This document shows positions 1 through 15,854 of a stretch of DNA of 64,000 nucleotides, in pieces. The DNA is taken from NCBI RefSeq assembly GCF_009914755.1, contig NC_060936.1. One strand, given 5' to 3'. A program made the position numbers and the translations under genes. Every line of letters begins with the position of its first letter. The first letter of the stretch is position 1. The notes under the pieces are model-generated. The model was not told where the DNA came from. It saw only the letters and a program-made list of their open reading frames with translations, and ran no database searches. The stretch is from the human T2T-CHM13v2.0 reference genome, Homo sapiens.

Positions 1-197
1 CTTCAGAATGAAGCTTTGACTCACTTTCTTGGCTCCATCCCTTGCCACTCCTCAAGGGAAAAAGTTTTTCTCTTTTCAGCCCCACTTTTTTCTTTCCCTA
101 ACAACACTGTATGTATACCTCTGGGCCTCAGCACATACAGTTCTTTCCTCCTACAATACTGTTCCCTAATCTTTCAGAGAAACTCTCTTCAGCTTTG

Positions 198-799
198 CTT
201 TAAAATGACTTCAAAATTCATGTATTTTTTGTATACAATTCAATTATCTTTAATTTACCCAGTTGTGCAACCATCACCACAATCCAGTTTTAGAACATTT
301 TTATCCCCTCAGTAAGATCCTTATGTCCATTTACAGTTAATTCCCATTCCCACCTCCAGCCCCAGGCAACGATTAATGTACTTCCTGTAGGTGGTCTTTT
401 GTATCTCTTACAACTCAATAATAAAACACAACCTAATTTAAAAGTGGGTAAATGATTTGAATAAACATTTCACCAAAGAAGAGATATGAAAGGCTAATAA
501 GTACTTAAAAAGATGATCAACATTATTAGTAATTAGGGAAATAAATTAAAACTACAATGGAATACTACTTCACACCCACTAGAATGGCTATCATCAAAAA
601 GATAAATAACAAATGTTATGAACAAACAGAAAACCTCATATAGTGCTGGCAGACATGTAAAATGGTACGGCTACTTTGAAAAACAATTTGGCAGTTTCTT
701 TGAAAGTTAAATATAAACTCAGCACTCAACCCAGCAATTCCACTCTTAGGTACATACTGAACTGAAAACATGTCCACACAGAGACTTGCATGCAAACAT
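198..799 (-). mobile_element. Old L1 (L1MB-like) insertion with an inverted 5' part
   Basis: Minus-strand L1 3'UTR at ~200-390, then plus-strand L1 ORF2-end sequence at ~400-799. Flanking near-duplicate tctcttca(g/t)ctttg at 184-197 and 800-813. Confidence 0.65.
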
Positions 800-1447
800 T
801 CTCTTCATCTTTGAGGGACCTGTTCAACATTCCAACCTGTGAGAAGCCTTCCAATACTCTAAAGATTGAGCCATCTGTGTCGTGCTCTATAGCACTTTAC
901 ATCTATGCTAGCACCCTACTATGTTGTATCACAATGTGGTGTTTTCCCATCTGCCCCTCCTACAACTTTTGAAACTCCAAGAGGAAGAAACTATGCCTCA
1001 TTTATCTCTGTATTTCTTTCTTTTTTTTTTTTTTTTGGTTGGGGGGAGGGGTCATCTTTATAGGACAAATAAATGAACCATTTTCTTCCCAGACGTGCTC
1101 TCCATTTCTACTTAGCTCTCTTTCCTGCTCTCGATTGGAGGGTTCTGTTGACAAGTTTTTACTCTTAAATTTCATATAATAAATACAATTACATTCACAA
1201 ACTTATTTTTAATTCCTCTTTTTGTCGCTACATTAACAAATAATTTTAATTTATAAGGTAAAAAGTTATTACCTATAAATAAATTCTCCAAATTTCTAGT
1301 AGTTCCGGGCAAAATGTTTCCCCATGGTTTAAAAATTACTAGAATTGTAAATTACTGCTTTCTAATTACTGAAGTTGTAGAGCGAAATTATTCCCCTGAA
1401 TTGTGTGGAATAATTTACCTTGTCTAATTCTAATTTCATGTGAATAA

Positions 1448-1734
1448 TTTTTTTTTTCAGACAGAGTTTCACTCTTGTCACCCAGGCTGGAGTAAAATGG
1501 TGCGATCTCAGCTCGCTACACCCTCCGCCTCCCAGGTTCAAGCAATTTTCCTGCCTCGGCCTCCTGAATAGCTAGCATTACAGGCACGTGACACCACGCC
1601 TGGCTAATTTTTTTAAGTAGAGACAGGGTTTCGCCATGTTGGCCAGGCTGGTCTCGAACTCCTGACCTCAGGTGTTCCGCCTGCCTCAGCCTCCCAAAGC
1701 GCTAGGATTACAAACATGAGCTACCATGCCCAGC
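1448..1734 (-). mobile_element. AluS
   Basis: Poly-T followed by Alu reverse-complement consensus. Confidence 0.9.
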
Positions 1735-1879
1735 TGTGTTAATAATTTTTAATGTGATAAATACTTAGGAATATTACCATTAAAGTGACACCTCTGAAAC
1801 AATATCAAAAGAGATACAGTTGTTCATGTTGATGTATTTTATAGTTTAATATGTAAGAATTTACTAGGTTTTTTAACTT

Positions 1880-2173
<294 letters not shown>

Positions 2174-2856
2174 CTACTGTTTTTAATACATAGACTATTT
2201 CTAGAATATAAATAATACATCTTGTAGGTCTGTCTATACAAACAAAAATGTAGAGCACCAGGGCATTCATTAAAAAATTTAAAATACAAAATATTTAAAC
2301 TTCTTGGTATAAATTCCTAAATTCTCTGTTCCTAAATTTTCCATAACTAAATAAGTAGATTATGTAAAAGCTCTGTGCCTTAGTGATATTTGTTCCCAGC
2401 CTATCACCAAGTATATAAATCCCTTCACCAACAGATGGATATAAAACAACCTTAAAAACAAAGGTGTACTCCTCTCATCTAGGATCCTTAAAATGGCATA
2501 CATTAACTCACCAGACCAAGATTTTTCAAAATTCATCAAGCCTACTCCAAAAGAGGTATTTGTTAATGATTAACAAATCATTAGCTTATATCACTGTAGA
2601 TACTTATAATTTTATTAATATTTAAGTTTTGAATAAGCAATAATGTCCCATGGCTCAAAAATAAAAAGGTATAAAAAGGTATACAAGTGGCTAGTTTTCC
2701 CTTTCTCAGGTTTCCCATTTGCCCATTCCTCATCCCCAATACTTGTGTACAATTTATAAACGATTAACATTAAAGTAATCAAATACTAATTATCCAAATC
2801 CAAACTATTTGGTTATTTCAGAAGAGTAGACTTTTTATCTGTTTTTGATTTGCTAA

Positions 2857-3810
<954 letters not shown>

Positions 3811-4090
3811 TGTTTCACTCGTTTTTTAGAAACATAATGATATAACCATAAAGTAATTGTTCATAGACAATGGCAGATACAGATACTTTAGGAGTTAATA
3901 GTTACAACACTCAGCAAATTTTAAACTCCAACACTTATTCATTTCCATTAAGAACAAACAAAACAAGACCCTTGAATTGGCATAGAAATATGTAAGATAG
4001 TAAGCTCAGTTAATACACTACACTTTCTGTTTCAACTTGAGGGTTTTTATGATTATCCCTCCTTTTATTACATAATTATAAAAGCTGTAC

Positions 4091-4247
4091 CTTCAGCATC
4101 CCACCTTACAACCACAGGATCCTCAAAAAAGATTACATTCTCATGAACCTCAAGTGTGACCTCTATAGGTGGGAAAGCATTTTCTGTCTCAAACTCTTCT
4201 GTAGTTTCCGGAGGATATGTGTATTTCTGTAATCCTTCTTTGAGTAT
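4091..4247 (-). CDS. DNAI7: DNAI7 coding exon (157 nt): ILKEGLQKYTYPPETTEEFETENAFPPIEVTLEVHENVIFFEDPVVVRWDAE+G
   Basis: ttttaaaaag|ATACTC...GAAG|gtacag; in frame; the gene continues left of the window. Confidence 0.94.
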
Positions 4248-5227
4248 CTTTTTAAAATGACCAAAACAACATCAAGTTAGTTGACTGGTAGCAGTGAAAA
4301 ATGTAAATAGTACTGAATAAGTTATATAGTTATTTTTAATAAGCACTGCAGTTTGATCCTATTTATATATAGATTAACAAAATGTCACAACAAAATTTAA
4401 AAGATACATGATTGAGAAAAAAAGTTACTAAATATGAATGTACAGAACTTCCTATGGGCCAGATTGTGTGGTGGGGCTTCCTCAACATTTTATTCCTCTA
4501 AGCAATCCTAAAGGCCTATATTTAACAGAAATGATAACTAAGACTTAGAAAAATCAAGTAATTTGACAAAGATTACAAAATGACTTCAAAGTGGCACCAG
4601 AACTCAAAAACCGGTGTATGGGACCCTAAATCACATGCTCTAATACCATGCTAAGGGTGTGTAGGTAAAGAGAAAAAGAAACATATAGACAACCTATTGA
4701 GAAGAAAGGAAATGAATGAATGAAAGTGAATTAACCAGACAGCAGATTTTTCTGGGATAAGGAAGATTTGTGCATTATCTGAATGCAGCAGACAAGGATC
4801 TAGGGAAGGAAGAAAGATTTAAAAATATTAGAAAATAGAGGAAAAATTAGGGCAAGATTCTAGAAGAGGTGGAAAGTTATTGAAAAAGCCTTGAAAATGA
4901 GGAAAGCCTCTTTGTTGCAGGAGAGAAAAACAGCTGTGAAGGAGGACTCTTTGGGTTCAAGGGGAGAGCATGAAGTGGTCTCAGGACACTGTGACAAAAG
5001 TCAATAACAACAGATCTTTAGATGGATTCTTGAAAACCCCAGCTCAGGCTGGGACCTTATGGATAAAGAGAATATTAAAATTTTGTTGGAGTGGCAGGTG
5101 ATTAGGAAAATAACGGGGGAGAAAAGGTTGGGAAATACTTCTCAAAAACAAGAATGCACCAAGGTCCTTAATGGATAGGACTGTGGGTGAGAAGTACCCA
5201 GCAATCTGTGTACAGGTGTGTTAGGGG

Positions 5228-5259
5228 AGAGAGGGTGAGAAGAGAGAGAGAGGCAGGAA

Positions 5260-5320
<61 letters not shown>
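5228..5320. repeat. (GA)n microsatellite / polypurine tract
   Basis: Long perfect gagaga run at ~5264-5317 with degenerate flanks. Confidence 0.95.
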
Positions 5321-5321
<1 letters not shown>

Positions 5322-5416
5322 GGAAGGGGCAGCCTATGACAACATAACTGGGTATATATGGTAGTATTCTATGGGAAGCAAGCCACCACGAGGTTAAGTT
5401 AAAAATAAACCAAGTC

Positions 5417-5725
5417 GGCCGGGCGCGGTGGCTCACGCCTGTAATCCCAGCACTTTGGGAGGCCGAGGCGGGCGGATCACGAGGTCAGGAAATCGAGACC
5501 ATCCTGGCTAACACGGTGAAACCCCGTCTCTACTAAAAATACAAAAAAAAAAATTAGCCGGGCGTGGTAGCGGGCGCCTGTAGTCCCAGCTACCGGGAGG
5601 CTGAGGCAGGAGAATGGCGTGAACCCGGGAGGCGGAGCTTGCAGTGAGACAAGACAGCGCCACTGCACTCCAGCCTGGGCGAAAGAGCGAGACTCCGTCT
5701 CAAAAAAAATAAAAATAAAAAAAAT
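5417..5725 (+). mobile_element. AluY
   Basis: CpG-rich, near-consensus; TSD aaataaaccaagtc on both sides. Confidence 0.93.
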
Positions 5726-5809
5726 AAATAAACCAAGTCAATAATAGCGCAAGTGTTACTACTTATAAAACAGGGGTGAGAAACTCCTTGAAAGATGATC
5801 TAACAACTA

Positions 5810-6445
5810 CTATCACCAAAGTGTGGTCAGGGCATCAGCAGCATTGGCATCATGTGGACTGGTGATTTTCAAACTTCAATATGCATAGGAGTTACCTGGG
5901 GATCTTGTTCCACTGCAGATTCCGTAGCTCTGAGGTGCAGCCCAAAATTATGCATTTCTTGCATGTTCCCAACTGACACTAATGCTGCTGGTTCAATGCT
6001 GTTGATTTAGGACCATATTTTGTATGTCAAGGATTCAGACTAGTGATTTCCAAACTTTAGGGTGTATTTTTCCAAAACAGATTGTTGAGCCTTACCTCCA
6101 GGGTTTCGGATTCAGTAAGTTTGAGGTGGGGCTCATTAATTTGCATTTCTAGCAAATTCCCAGATGATGCCAGAGGATGCCGATGCCTCTGCTCGAGGGA
6201 ACACATATTAACAACCACTGATTTAGACTGGAGTCCATAAACTACGGTCCCTGGGAAATCCCACTCACCACCAATTTTTGTAAATAAAGTTTTATTGGAA
6301 CATAGCTGTGCCCATTCGTTTATACACAGCAGTTTTAGTGCTGCAATGGCTGAGTTGAGTAGCTGCATCAGAGCTAGTAGGGACCGCGAAGGTGAAAATA
6401 TTTACCATCTGGCCTGTTACAGAAAAAGTTTGCCAACCTCTGATC
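5810..6445. mobile_element. Cluster of hAT-Charlie MITEs (MER5A/B-like fragments ~5810-6220; MER58A-like ~6228-6445)
   Basis: MER5 motif tttgcatttctagcaaattcccagatgatgc; MER58 motifs gtaaataaagttttattggaac and acagaaaaagtttgccaacc. Confidence 0.7.
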
Positions 6446-6729
6446 TAGAATATTATTATTAAGACCAAATTGGCACTAACAAAACATAATGATGTAAATT
6501 TACAATGAAGTTAACATATCTGAATTCTAGTATAAACGTCATATTATTTTAGATTCTTTTAGCATCTGATTCAAATTTTCAATACCAATACATTTAAGAC
6601 AGTTTAAAATTACATTTTTTCCTTTGTGTTTAATAGGGTTAAAGCTTATTAGATGTTAGATAATATGAAATAAAGTAAAAGCGTGAGCAATTATTTTACT
6701 TATAAGTTTTGATTCAAGAATCAACCTAC

Positions 6730-6890
6730 TTCCACAATCATCCATCCCTTCACTGGTTTACACTGTGGAGGAAGCTCCAAAATATCCAAGTGGTATACTC
6801 CACCCAGAGTTGTGAACTGGCATAAATCCACCACATTGTCTTCAAAGAAATCTGGCTTTTCAGAAGAATTCTCTACCAGCAACAACTGTG
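6730..6890 (-). CDS. DNAI7: DNAI7 coding exon (161 nt): (A)QLLLVENSSEKPDFFEDNVVDLCQFTTLGGVYHLDILELPPQCKPVKGWMIVE
   Basis: ttttag|CACAG...GTGGAA|gtaggt; GGVYHLDILELPPQ motif recalled from CASC1. Confidence 0.95.
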
Positions 6891-7160
6891 CTAAAATTAA
6901 TCAGATTAACAGTTTTCAAATAGATTACAGTTTAGTATGTTCTTAGGAAAGAAATTTAAAAATTCTCATACTGGTAAAGGAAGTTTCTATTCAACCAGCT
7001 ACTAAAACTTTTCAAAAAGCAGTTAACTCAAAATGATTCATAGAGCTGACCTTGGAAGTGGAAACAGGCATGAGTAATGGTGGGGTATAGGGGAGGACAT
7101 AATTTTTATTTCATCTATGAAACCATACAATAAGCATGTGTTATTATTAAAATGAAAACA

Positions 7161-7445
7161 GGCTGGGGGCAGTGATTCATGCCCACTACTTTGCGAGGCT
7201 GAGGTGGGAGAATCGCTTGAGCCTAGGAGTTTAAAACGAGTCTGGGCAACATAGCAAGACCCCATCTCTATAAATAATTTAAAAATTAGCTAGCCTGGTG
7301 GTGCATGCCTGTGGTCCCAGCTACTCAGCAGGCTGAGGTAGGAGAATTACTGGAGCCTGGGCAGTTGAGGCTGCAGTGAGCCATAATCTGCACCACTACT
7401 GGGCAATAGAGCAAGATCTCATCTCAAAAAAAAAAAAAAAAAAAA
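7161..7445 (+). mobile_element. AluJ-like
   Basis: Diverged Alu with a poly-A tail followed by (GAA)n. Confidence 0.85.
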
Positions 7446-8187
7446 GAAGGAGAAGAAGAAGAAGAAAGAAAAAGTGAAGTTTAAGGCCTGTTATGAAAAA
7501 ATATGCTAAGAAATATATAGAAAATAGATTCCTAGAAGTTATGGGGAAAGAAGCATAAAGTTAACAGAAAAGATGTATATAAATCTCAAACTAAAAGATT
7601 GACAAATTAGACATCACTATTGCCTTGACACTTCTAAACTATATCCAACTGCTATTTGCCAGGACAAGACTGAATGCAAACACTTGTTAATACCCAGAAG
7701 TGTTGCGAGATTTTCAGTTGTGTATGTGTACTTGTGAAAGTTCATTACAATATTGTAGTAATACAAAATTAGAAACAACCTGTCTATCAATAGGGATTTA
7801 AAAAGTGTTCCATTATTGGATGGAATTATACAACTACTTCAAAAAGTGAGGTTACCAATGTATTCTTAGAATAATGTTGAATATTCATTTACATGAAATA
7901 TATATTGTGTTCTATGTATGTAACACGTTGTTAGGTGGGAAAAAAGTAATTCTCAACAAAAACATTTGTATAATATAATCCCATGGTTTTATTAGAAATT
8001 AAGAGAGACAGGGATAAATTGAGCAAAGAAATCTGTTAACACTGGTATCTCAGAAAAGGGACTATGAAGAATTTTCACTTTAAATATATTTTTGCAATGT
8101 CTGAATTTTTTTAACAATGATCCTGTATTTCTTCTGTAAGAAGAAAATCTCAATAAAGTTAAATTCTTAAAATGTAATTTAGAATAC

Positions 8188-8263
8188 CTGCTGAAACAGT
8201 TTCACTTAATACTTTCATCTCTCGTTCACATTTTATGGCTTCAGATTCTTCCTCAGCAGAACT
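8188..8263 (-). CDS. DNAI7: DNAI7 coding exon (76 nt): SSAEEESEAIKCEREMKVLSETVSA+G
   Basis: tttttatag|AGTTCT...GCAG|gtattc; follows a ~21-kb intron; phase fits both neighbours. Confidence 0.92.
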
Positions 8264-9007
8264 CTATAAAAAACCACAGACATATGGGTGTGATTGTCAG
8301 TGTCTACATAGTACAGTCATTGTCTTTGTGTTCCAGTCCTCACTTCAGATGCCTGCTACCTTAATTCTAGGCTGAAAACCCCAAACTGATACTTGCTCTA
8401 CCATAAAACTGGACTCAAAAGCAATATTTTAACAAGCAATTAAAATATCTACAAAACTTCACAAGGGCAAGAGGTTACCCTGCTCAGATTCTCTGCTGAA
8501 AATCCTCAAGTGTAAAAGATGGAGATTAGGAAGCAATGCAAGCTATAAAAAATATTATTTATATTTGCATTTTGGTTTATCCAGGAGGTAGATTTTGCTT
8601 AAATTTGATAATCAGCTCTGGTAGAGTCATCCCAAAGCCTGCTTTTGGGTAAGTCTCTCAAGGAAATTAAAGATGTTGCAGCTCAAGTAATGTAGAAGAT
8701 AGTATCCCATTGTACTCTAGTGCAGTAAAAATAATCTAGACTTTATGTCTAAATCTGCCACTAACTTACCTTTCTGACCTTGAGCAAGTCATTTAACTAT
8801 TATGAGCCTCAAATTCCTGATGTAACAATAACACATTTGGTATTTAACTGTGTATCAGACATATAACACATCTTGCAAACAATCCGAAGAAATAAGGAAA
8901 CTGAAGCTGAGGGAGATAACTGTTTTAAGGGTCAAATAAGATAATGGAAATAAAAGAACTTTGGGTAATGTAAAGCACTAGATAAATGCAGTGTTGCTAG
9001 TATAAAA

Positions 9008-9009
<2 letters not shown>

Positions 9010-9057
<48 letters not shown>
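9010..9057. repeat. (GT)n microsatellite (~23 units)
   Basis: Perfect tgtg run. Confidence 0.97.
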
Positions 9058-9059
<2 letters not shown>

Positions 9060-9612
9060 AATACTTGCAAATTGAATGACATCCAGCAAACTTCACTTGA
9101 CTTCAGGTAGCACCTGTACTTCTGCAGCAATAGAATAACCTTATACCAGAGTTCTAGTCAGAAATTTAAAGCTAGTTATTCCCATGACTCTTACCCATCA
9201 TACACAGACAAGTCCCCCTTAGTAGACTAGCCTTTCCCATCTCTCATCACCATATTGCCCTATGTGTCTTCCCCCTGACCAGCTTTAACACTATTACATT
9301 CTCTGCAAACCCTTTCCATCATGCCTCTGAACCTTCTCCCTTATTTATTCATTCAAAAAAAAAATTACAGAGCTCCTAAATAGTAGTGGCATTGCTAGAC
9401 ACTGGCAATAAAAAACAAGGTCCCTGACATAAGGAACTTCCAGACTATTAGGGAAGCAAGTAAACAAATGGGTATATTTTTGTGAGTGTTGTAGTATAAA
9501 GTAAAGGAGCCACAATAGGAGTACAAGGAAGAGGAGTTAATTCTGTGGGAAAATGTGTGGGTGAAGACAGGCAACACCTCTCTTACCTAAAGGTAGTAAG
9601 TTTGAACTAAAT

Positions 9613-11053
9613 TTTTTTTTAACTTTTATTTTAGGTTTGAGGGTGCATGTGAAGGCTTGTTGTACAGGCAAACTCAGGTCACAGGGGTTTGTTGTACAGA
9701 TTATCTCATCACCTAGGTATGAAGCCTAGTACCCAATAGTTATTTTTCTGCTCCTTGCTCTCCTCCCACCCTCTACTCCTAAGTAGGCCCCAGTGTCTGC
9801 CATTCTCTTCTTTGTGTTCATCAGTTCTCATCATTTAGCTCCCACTTACAAGTGAGAATATGTAGCATTTGGTTTTATGTTCCTGCATTAGTTTGCTAAG
9901 GATAATAGCCTTCAGCTCCACCCGTTCCTGCAAAAGACACGATCTCATTCTTTCTTATGGCTGCATGGTATTCCATGGTGGGTATGTACATTTTCTTTAT
10001 CCAATCTGTCACTGATGGGCATTTAGGTTGATTCCATGTCTCTGCTATTGTGAAGAGTGCTACAATGAACATTCACGTTCATGTGACTTTATGGTAGAAT
10101 GATTTATATTCCTCTGAGTATATACCCAGTAATGGGATTGCTGGGTGAAATGGTAATTCTGCTTTTAGCTCTTTGAGGAATCACCATATTGCTTTCCACA
10201 ATGGTTGAACTAATTTACACTCCCACCAACAGTGTATAAGTGTTCCCTATTCCCCGCAACCTCACCAGCAACTTTTATTTTTTGACTTTTTAGTAGTAGC
10301 CATTCTGACTGGTGTGAGATGATATCTCATTGTGGTTTTGATTTACATTTCTCTAATGATCAGCGATATTGGGCTTCTTTTCATATGCTTCTAGGCCACA
10401 CGTATGTCTTCTTTTGAAAAGTGTCTATTCATGTCCTTTGCCCACTTTTTAATAGGGTTGTTTCTCTCCTGTAAATTTAAGTTCCTTATAGATGCTGGAT
10501 ATTAGACCTTTGCCAGATGCATAGTTTGCAAATATTTTCCACCATTCTGCAGGCTGTTTACTCTGTTGATAGTTTCTTTTGCTGTGCAGAAACTCTTAAG
10601 TTTAATTAGATGCCACTTAATCAATTTTTGCTTTTGTTGCAATTGCGTTTGGTGCCTTTTTCATGAAATCTTTGCCCATCCTATGTCCAGGATTGTATTG
10701 CCTGGGTTGTCTTTCAGGGTTTTTATAATTTTGGGTTTTACATTTAAGTCTTTCATCCATATTGGGTTGATTTTTGTAAACAGTATAAGAAAGAGGTACA
10801 GTTTCAATCTTCTGCATATGGCTAGCCAGTTATCCCAGAACCATTTTAATTGAATAGGGAGTCTTTTCCCCATTGTTTGTTTTTGTCAGCTTTGTTGAAG
10901 ATGAGATGTTTGCAGATGTGTGGCCTTATTTCTGGTCTCTCTTATCTGTTCCATTGGTCTATGTGCCTGTTTCTGTACCAGTACCACGCTGTTTTGGTTA
11001 TTGTAGCCCTGTAGTATACTTTGAAGTCAGGTAATGTGATGCTTCCAGGTTTG
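9613..11053 (-). mobile_element. 5'-truncated L1PA (L1PA15/16-like)
   Basis: Poly-T, L1 3'UTR and ORF2 C-terminal remnants ([12 protein letters not shown]..). TSD ttgaactaaat at 9602-9612 and 11054-11064. Confidence 0.88.
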
Positions 11054-14000
11054 TTGAACTAAATATTGAAAGATAATTATTAATAGATCCTCCCCCAAAA
11101 AGGGTGGGAGAGAATTCTAATGTGAGTGAAAGTGAAAGGCATGAAGCAAAACAGGATTCCAAGCACTCCAAGTGGTCAGGTATAGCTGGAGTGAGGCATG
11201 CTAGGAGGGTGTAAAGATCTGAGGCTGGAGAGATGCAGGGGCCAGATTGTGGAGAGCTCTGAATGCCACTCTGAAGACTTTAAAATGTCTCCTATGGGTA
11301 AAGGAGAGCTCATAAAAGGCCTTCAGTAGGAATCTAATGTGAAGAAATTTGCATTTGGAAAGAGTATTCTGGCAGCCACCTGATGAATGGGCTGCTCAGT
11401 GAAGTGCTAGAAGTCCAGTGTAGACAAGATCAGGACCTACCCAAGGCAAAAGCAACCAGGGCCACTAGAAGGAGCTTATAGGAGAGATGATAAGGAATTA
11501 AAAGCAATCTAACTTGAGGAGGGACTGGATATAAAAGTAAAGCAAGGGAGAGGCTACGGCTGATGTTCAGGTGTTGGATTTAGGTAATTAAGGTAGAGAG
11601 TGATAACAATTAGCACCAAAAAAAAGAAAAAAGAAAAGGAAGAGGAAGGACAGGTTTGGGGGAAAAGTAATGAATTTGATTGTGGAATGTTGAATTTGAG
11701 GTGCCTGTGGGATAGCCAGGTGGCCTTTGGCATTATTTACCTTTAAAAACCAAGTTGCATTTATTTCTTTCAGGGAGGATTATGATCAATAAAAATACCA
11801 AAGATATCAGACCAATAGGTAAGTCAGTCTAATTCATATCTTTAAAAAGTTGAGAACTCTTCAAAGAGTTTAGACCAAACTGGCTTCTTATCTTGCAGGA
11901 ACACTAGGAATTCAGACTTTCTCAACAGAACTTTTCCCTTGATAAACACGAGTACTTCACCTCAGCATGCAACAACAGGAATTTATCAGTTTCTATAGTA
12001 CCACATCATAAAGAGGATATTCTTGCATATAACACATTGCCTTTACATAAGTCAATTTTTAAAAAAATTGTACTACTCTTTAGCTCAATTGACTTTTTTG
12101 AAGTTAGACTTCTAGAAGGATGCAGTGAGTCAACTTACATTCTAGCACAAGCTCCTTAATTTTGATAACTAGTCTAGAATGGGTTCCTGTAATTGCAACA
12201 GTGTCATCAGAACGTGCTCCCGCACAAAAACTTCAAATCTCATTTGCTGACAATACAGGTATAATGTATAAGCTTTATATATAATAATAATAATAAACTC
12301 CTTGTGTTTGTTGGCAATGAAGCCAAAAAAATACTTCTTTATTCCTATTTTCATCATGTTTTATATCTGGTAATGATGGTCCTCTTTCATCATAATTCTT
12401 TTACAAAATTGGGTGTTTTCCAAGTATTTTTTTCTTCTAGGTAAACTTTAATAGTATTTTGTCAAGTCTCAAAAACTGACAACTGGAATTTTTACTTCAA
12501 TTGTATTAAATTTATAGACACAATAGATTTAAAGTAAATAACAATTTCTAAAAGATGTTTGCTTGGAAATGTTGACAGAATATGAATCAGAGAAGGTAGC
12601 TAAAGTATAACTTTTCAATGATATCTTGTCTCAATGTATACGAGAACTGGCTTATACCATGAAAGAATGTCATGGGACACTAGCAAATAATTTTCATTGC
12701 AACTTGATAAATGCACAGATAGTATAACATAGAAATTCCTTAGTATATGTGCAATTTGAATTTGATATAAAAGCATAACCTATCATTAATAGGTGGATCA
12801 ATAAAAACAGAATATAGATTCCAGAAATAGAGAATAGGATCCACTTGAAAATTTAGCATATGGCATTTCAGATCAATGGAAAAAGCCTAGGTTTATATGG
12901 TATGTGTTTTGAGACAGCTGGCTAAGATTTGCAATAAAATAAATTTAGATTCATTCTTCTCACTTTACACTAAAATAAATTCCAGATGGATATAAGATTT
13001 AAATGTAAAAACAAAACTAAACCAATCAAAAGCTACAAAAACCATGAAAGTATTGGAAAAGAATATATGAAACTGATGCCAACAATTATTAATGAAGTAA
13101 ATGATCTTGATAATATCTGCAAAATGTCAGTACTGAACACTTTACAAGTTTGACAGAATGTCTTGAATTTTATTATCCATCAACAGAAGATCTATGCAAA
13201 AGAAATTCATTGATCTGAAATATACTTTTTCATCAAAAGATAATTTAAATTTTACTATAACTCAAAATAAATTGTTGGAACTGATTCTTGATAAGGAATT
13301 GAAAATGAATTTTGAAAATACAGCATTAATTAAGAATAATTATCCTGGGTCTACTGGTCTCATTCATTCCAGTGGCTTTAAATACTATCTATAGACCAAT
13401 GGTCCCCAAATATAAGCTAGTGATGCTCTGTAGGTCACACACATTGTACCGCTTGATTCCAGAAGTTCAGAACATAACCTGCACGTGAACATGTACGTAG
13501 CAGCTGTGTCTGACTTTCCTCTGAACTCCAGGTTCACATTTGCCTACCTGTCATTTCCACTTGCATCCCCCAAACTTACCCAAACAGAACTCTTTGTTTC
13601 ACAGCCACTCTCAACTGTTTCACTCTATTCTTGTTCATCTCTGTAAACTGTATCACCATATGCCTCATTTCTCAAAATAAAAACTCAGTAAGATATATTT
13701 TACCTCCAAAACATCTCCCAAACATATTCATCTTTCTATAACTCTTACTGCAACCTCTGTCCAAACCACCATGACTTATTACTTACCAGTACTATTTAAC
13801 TAGACACTGTGCTTTTATTCTGGCCCCTCACAATTTGTTCTCCATACAGTAGCCAGAATAACCTTTCAGGGCCATACATCACATCATGTCACACTCCTAC
13901 TTACCACCCTCTAATGGCTCCCCACTACATTTACAATAAAAGCCTAAATTCTCACTCTGGCCTGCAAAGCCTGACTTTATCTGGCTTCTGCCTCCCTTTC

Positions 14001-14719
14001 CAACTTTATTACATACCACTTTGCTTCTTGCCCATCATACATCAGTCGCTGGCCTTCCTTCTCACTTCTGTTTTATGACTTCTGCAATAATTGTGCCTGA
14101 AGACTATTTTTACCTTCATTTTAAATAGCTGATTCCTTCTTGTCATCTGGGTCTCGGCTAAATAATACCCCATCAAACAGGCCCTCCCTAACTACCCAAT
14201 GTAAAGTCACTCCCAGTTTAATCCTGTTTAATTTGGTGCATGAATGATTACTATATGGTATTTTCTACTTTTTCTTATTTATTGTTGATTTCTCCTAACT
14301 TGTATGTAAATTATGAGAGAAGGAGCCTTATTTGTTCTTTAGCCATCCTCCCGAGGGCCAGAATGGTGCCTACCACATAGAGGTAGGCGTATGATAAATA
14401 TTCAGTAAGTGAGTAAGGAAATGAGAACAACTCCCAGGGTATGACCTGGAAATGCACTGAAAACATACATTTGTGGCACGTTAAAGGTTGTTGAATGTTA
14501 AGGAGCTCTGATGCTAGGTTTTTTATATAACTTATTCCCATGGATTTTTAATTTATCCACAATGATCACAAAACATCCCAAATTACTAAGGCTATTTCAT
14601 GTCTCCATACTTTTCCCTCTGACCAGAATAACTTCCTTTCCTTCCTATCTAAACTTCTCCATGCTACACCAAAAGATTCAGCTCATGTTACCTCATGAGA
14701 GAAGACTTCCAATCTGTTC

Positions 14720-15064
<345 letters not shown>

Positions 15065-15245
15065 TAACCCCCATGTAGAATCTCTCTCATTGCATATATT
15101 AGAAGATATGGTAACTGTTACTCTTCTAATCCACAAGATTGTTAGCTCATTAAAAACAAGAGCGTGTTGAATCCCTTATCAATAGCAGGTATTTGGTAAA
15201 TGTTTGCCAATAACATATACATTACATATATAAAATATTTATATG

Positions 15246-15558
<313 letters not shown>

Positions 15559-15837
15559 TTAAATCCTGTATATGTTTGCTTAAACTATCTTAAAGCCAGA
15601 GACTACTTTAACTTTTAAAAGTTCAAAGACCTACATACTATAATGCATGCCCCTTAGATCACTAATGTAGTTCTGAAGGTAATTCTCATTAGAAAAAAAA
15701 TTTCTCACAAATGTGCTACACTTAAATTAGGCTTTTCTAAAAAGTTTGCATGATATAGTAATTGGGAAGACAGTATTACCCAATACCTATAATATTATTA
15801 GTATTACACATTTAAATGAACTAAAATGTGGTATTAA

Positions 15838-15854
15838 GAGCCCTCTAGTGGCAA
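15838..15854 (-). promoter_or_regulatory. Putative CTCF-binding motif
   Basis: Minus strand TTGCCACTAGAGGGCTC closely matches the CTCF core consensus CCASYAGRKGGCRS. Confidence 0.55.

Noticed and set aside
1010-1110. Poly-T followed by unique sequence, possibly another orphan retro-insertion
   Set aside because: The candidate TSD (tctctgtatttct / tctccatttct) is too degenerate to support the call.
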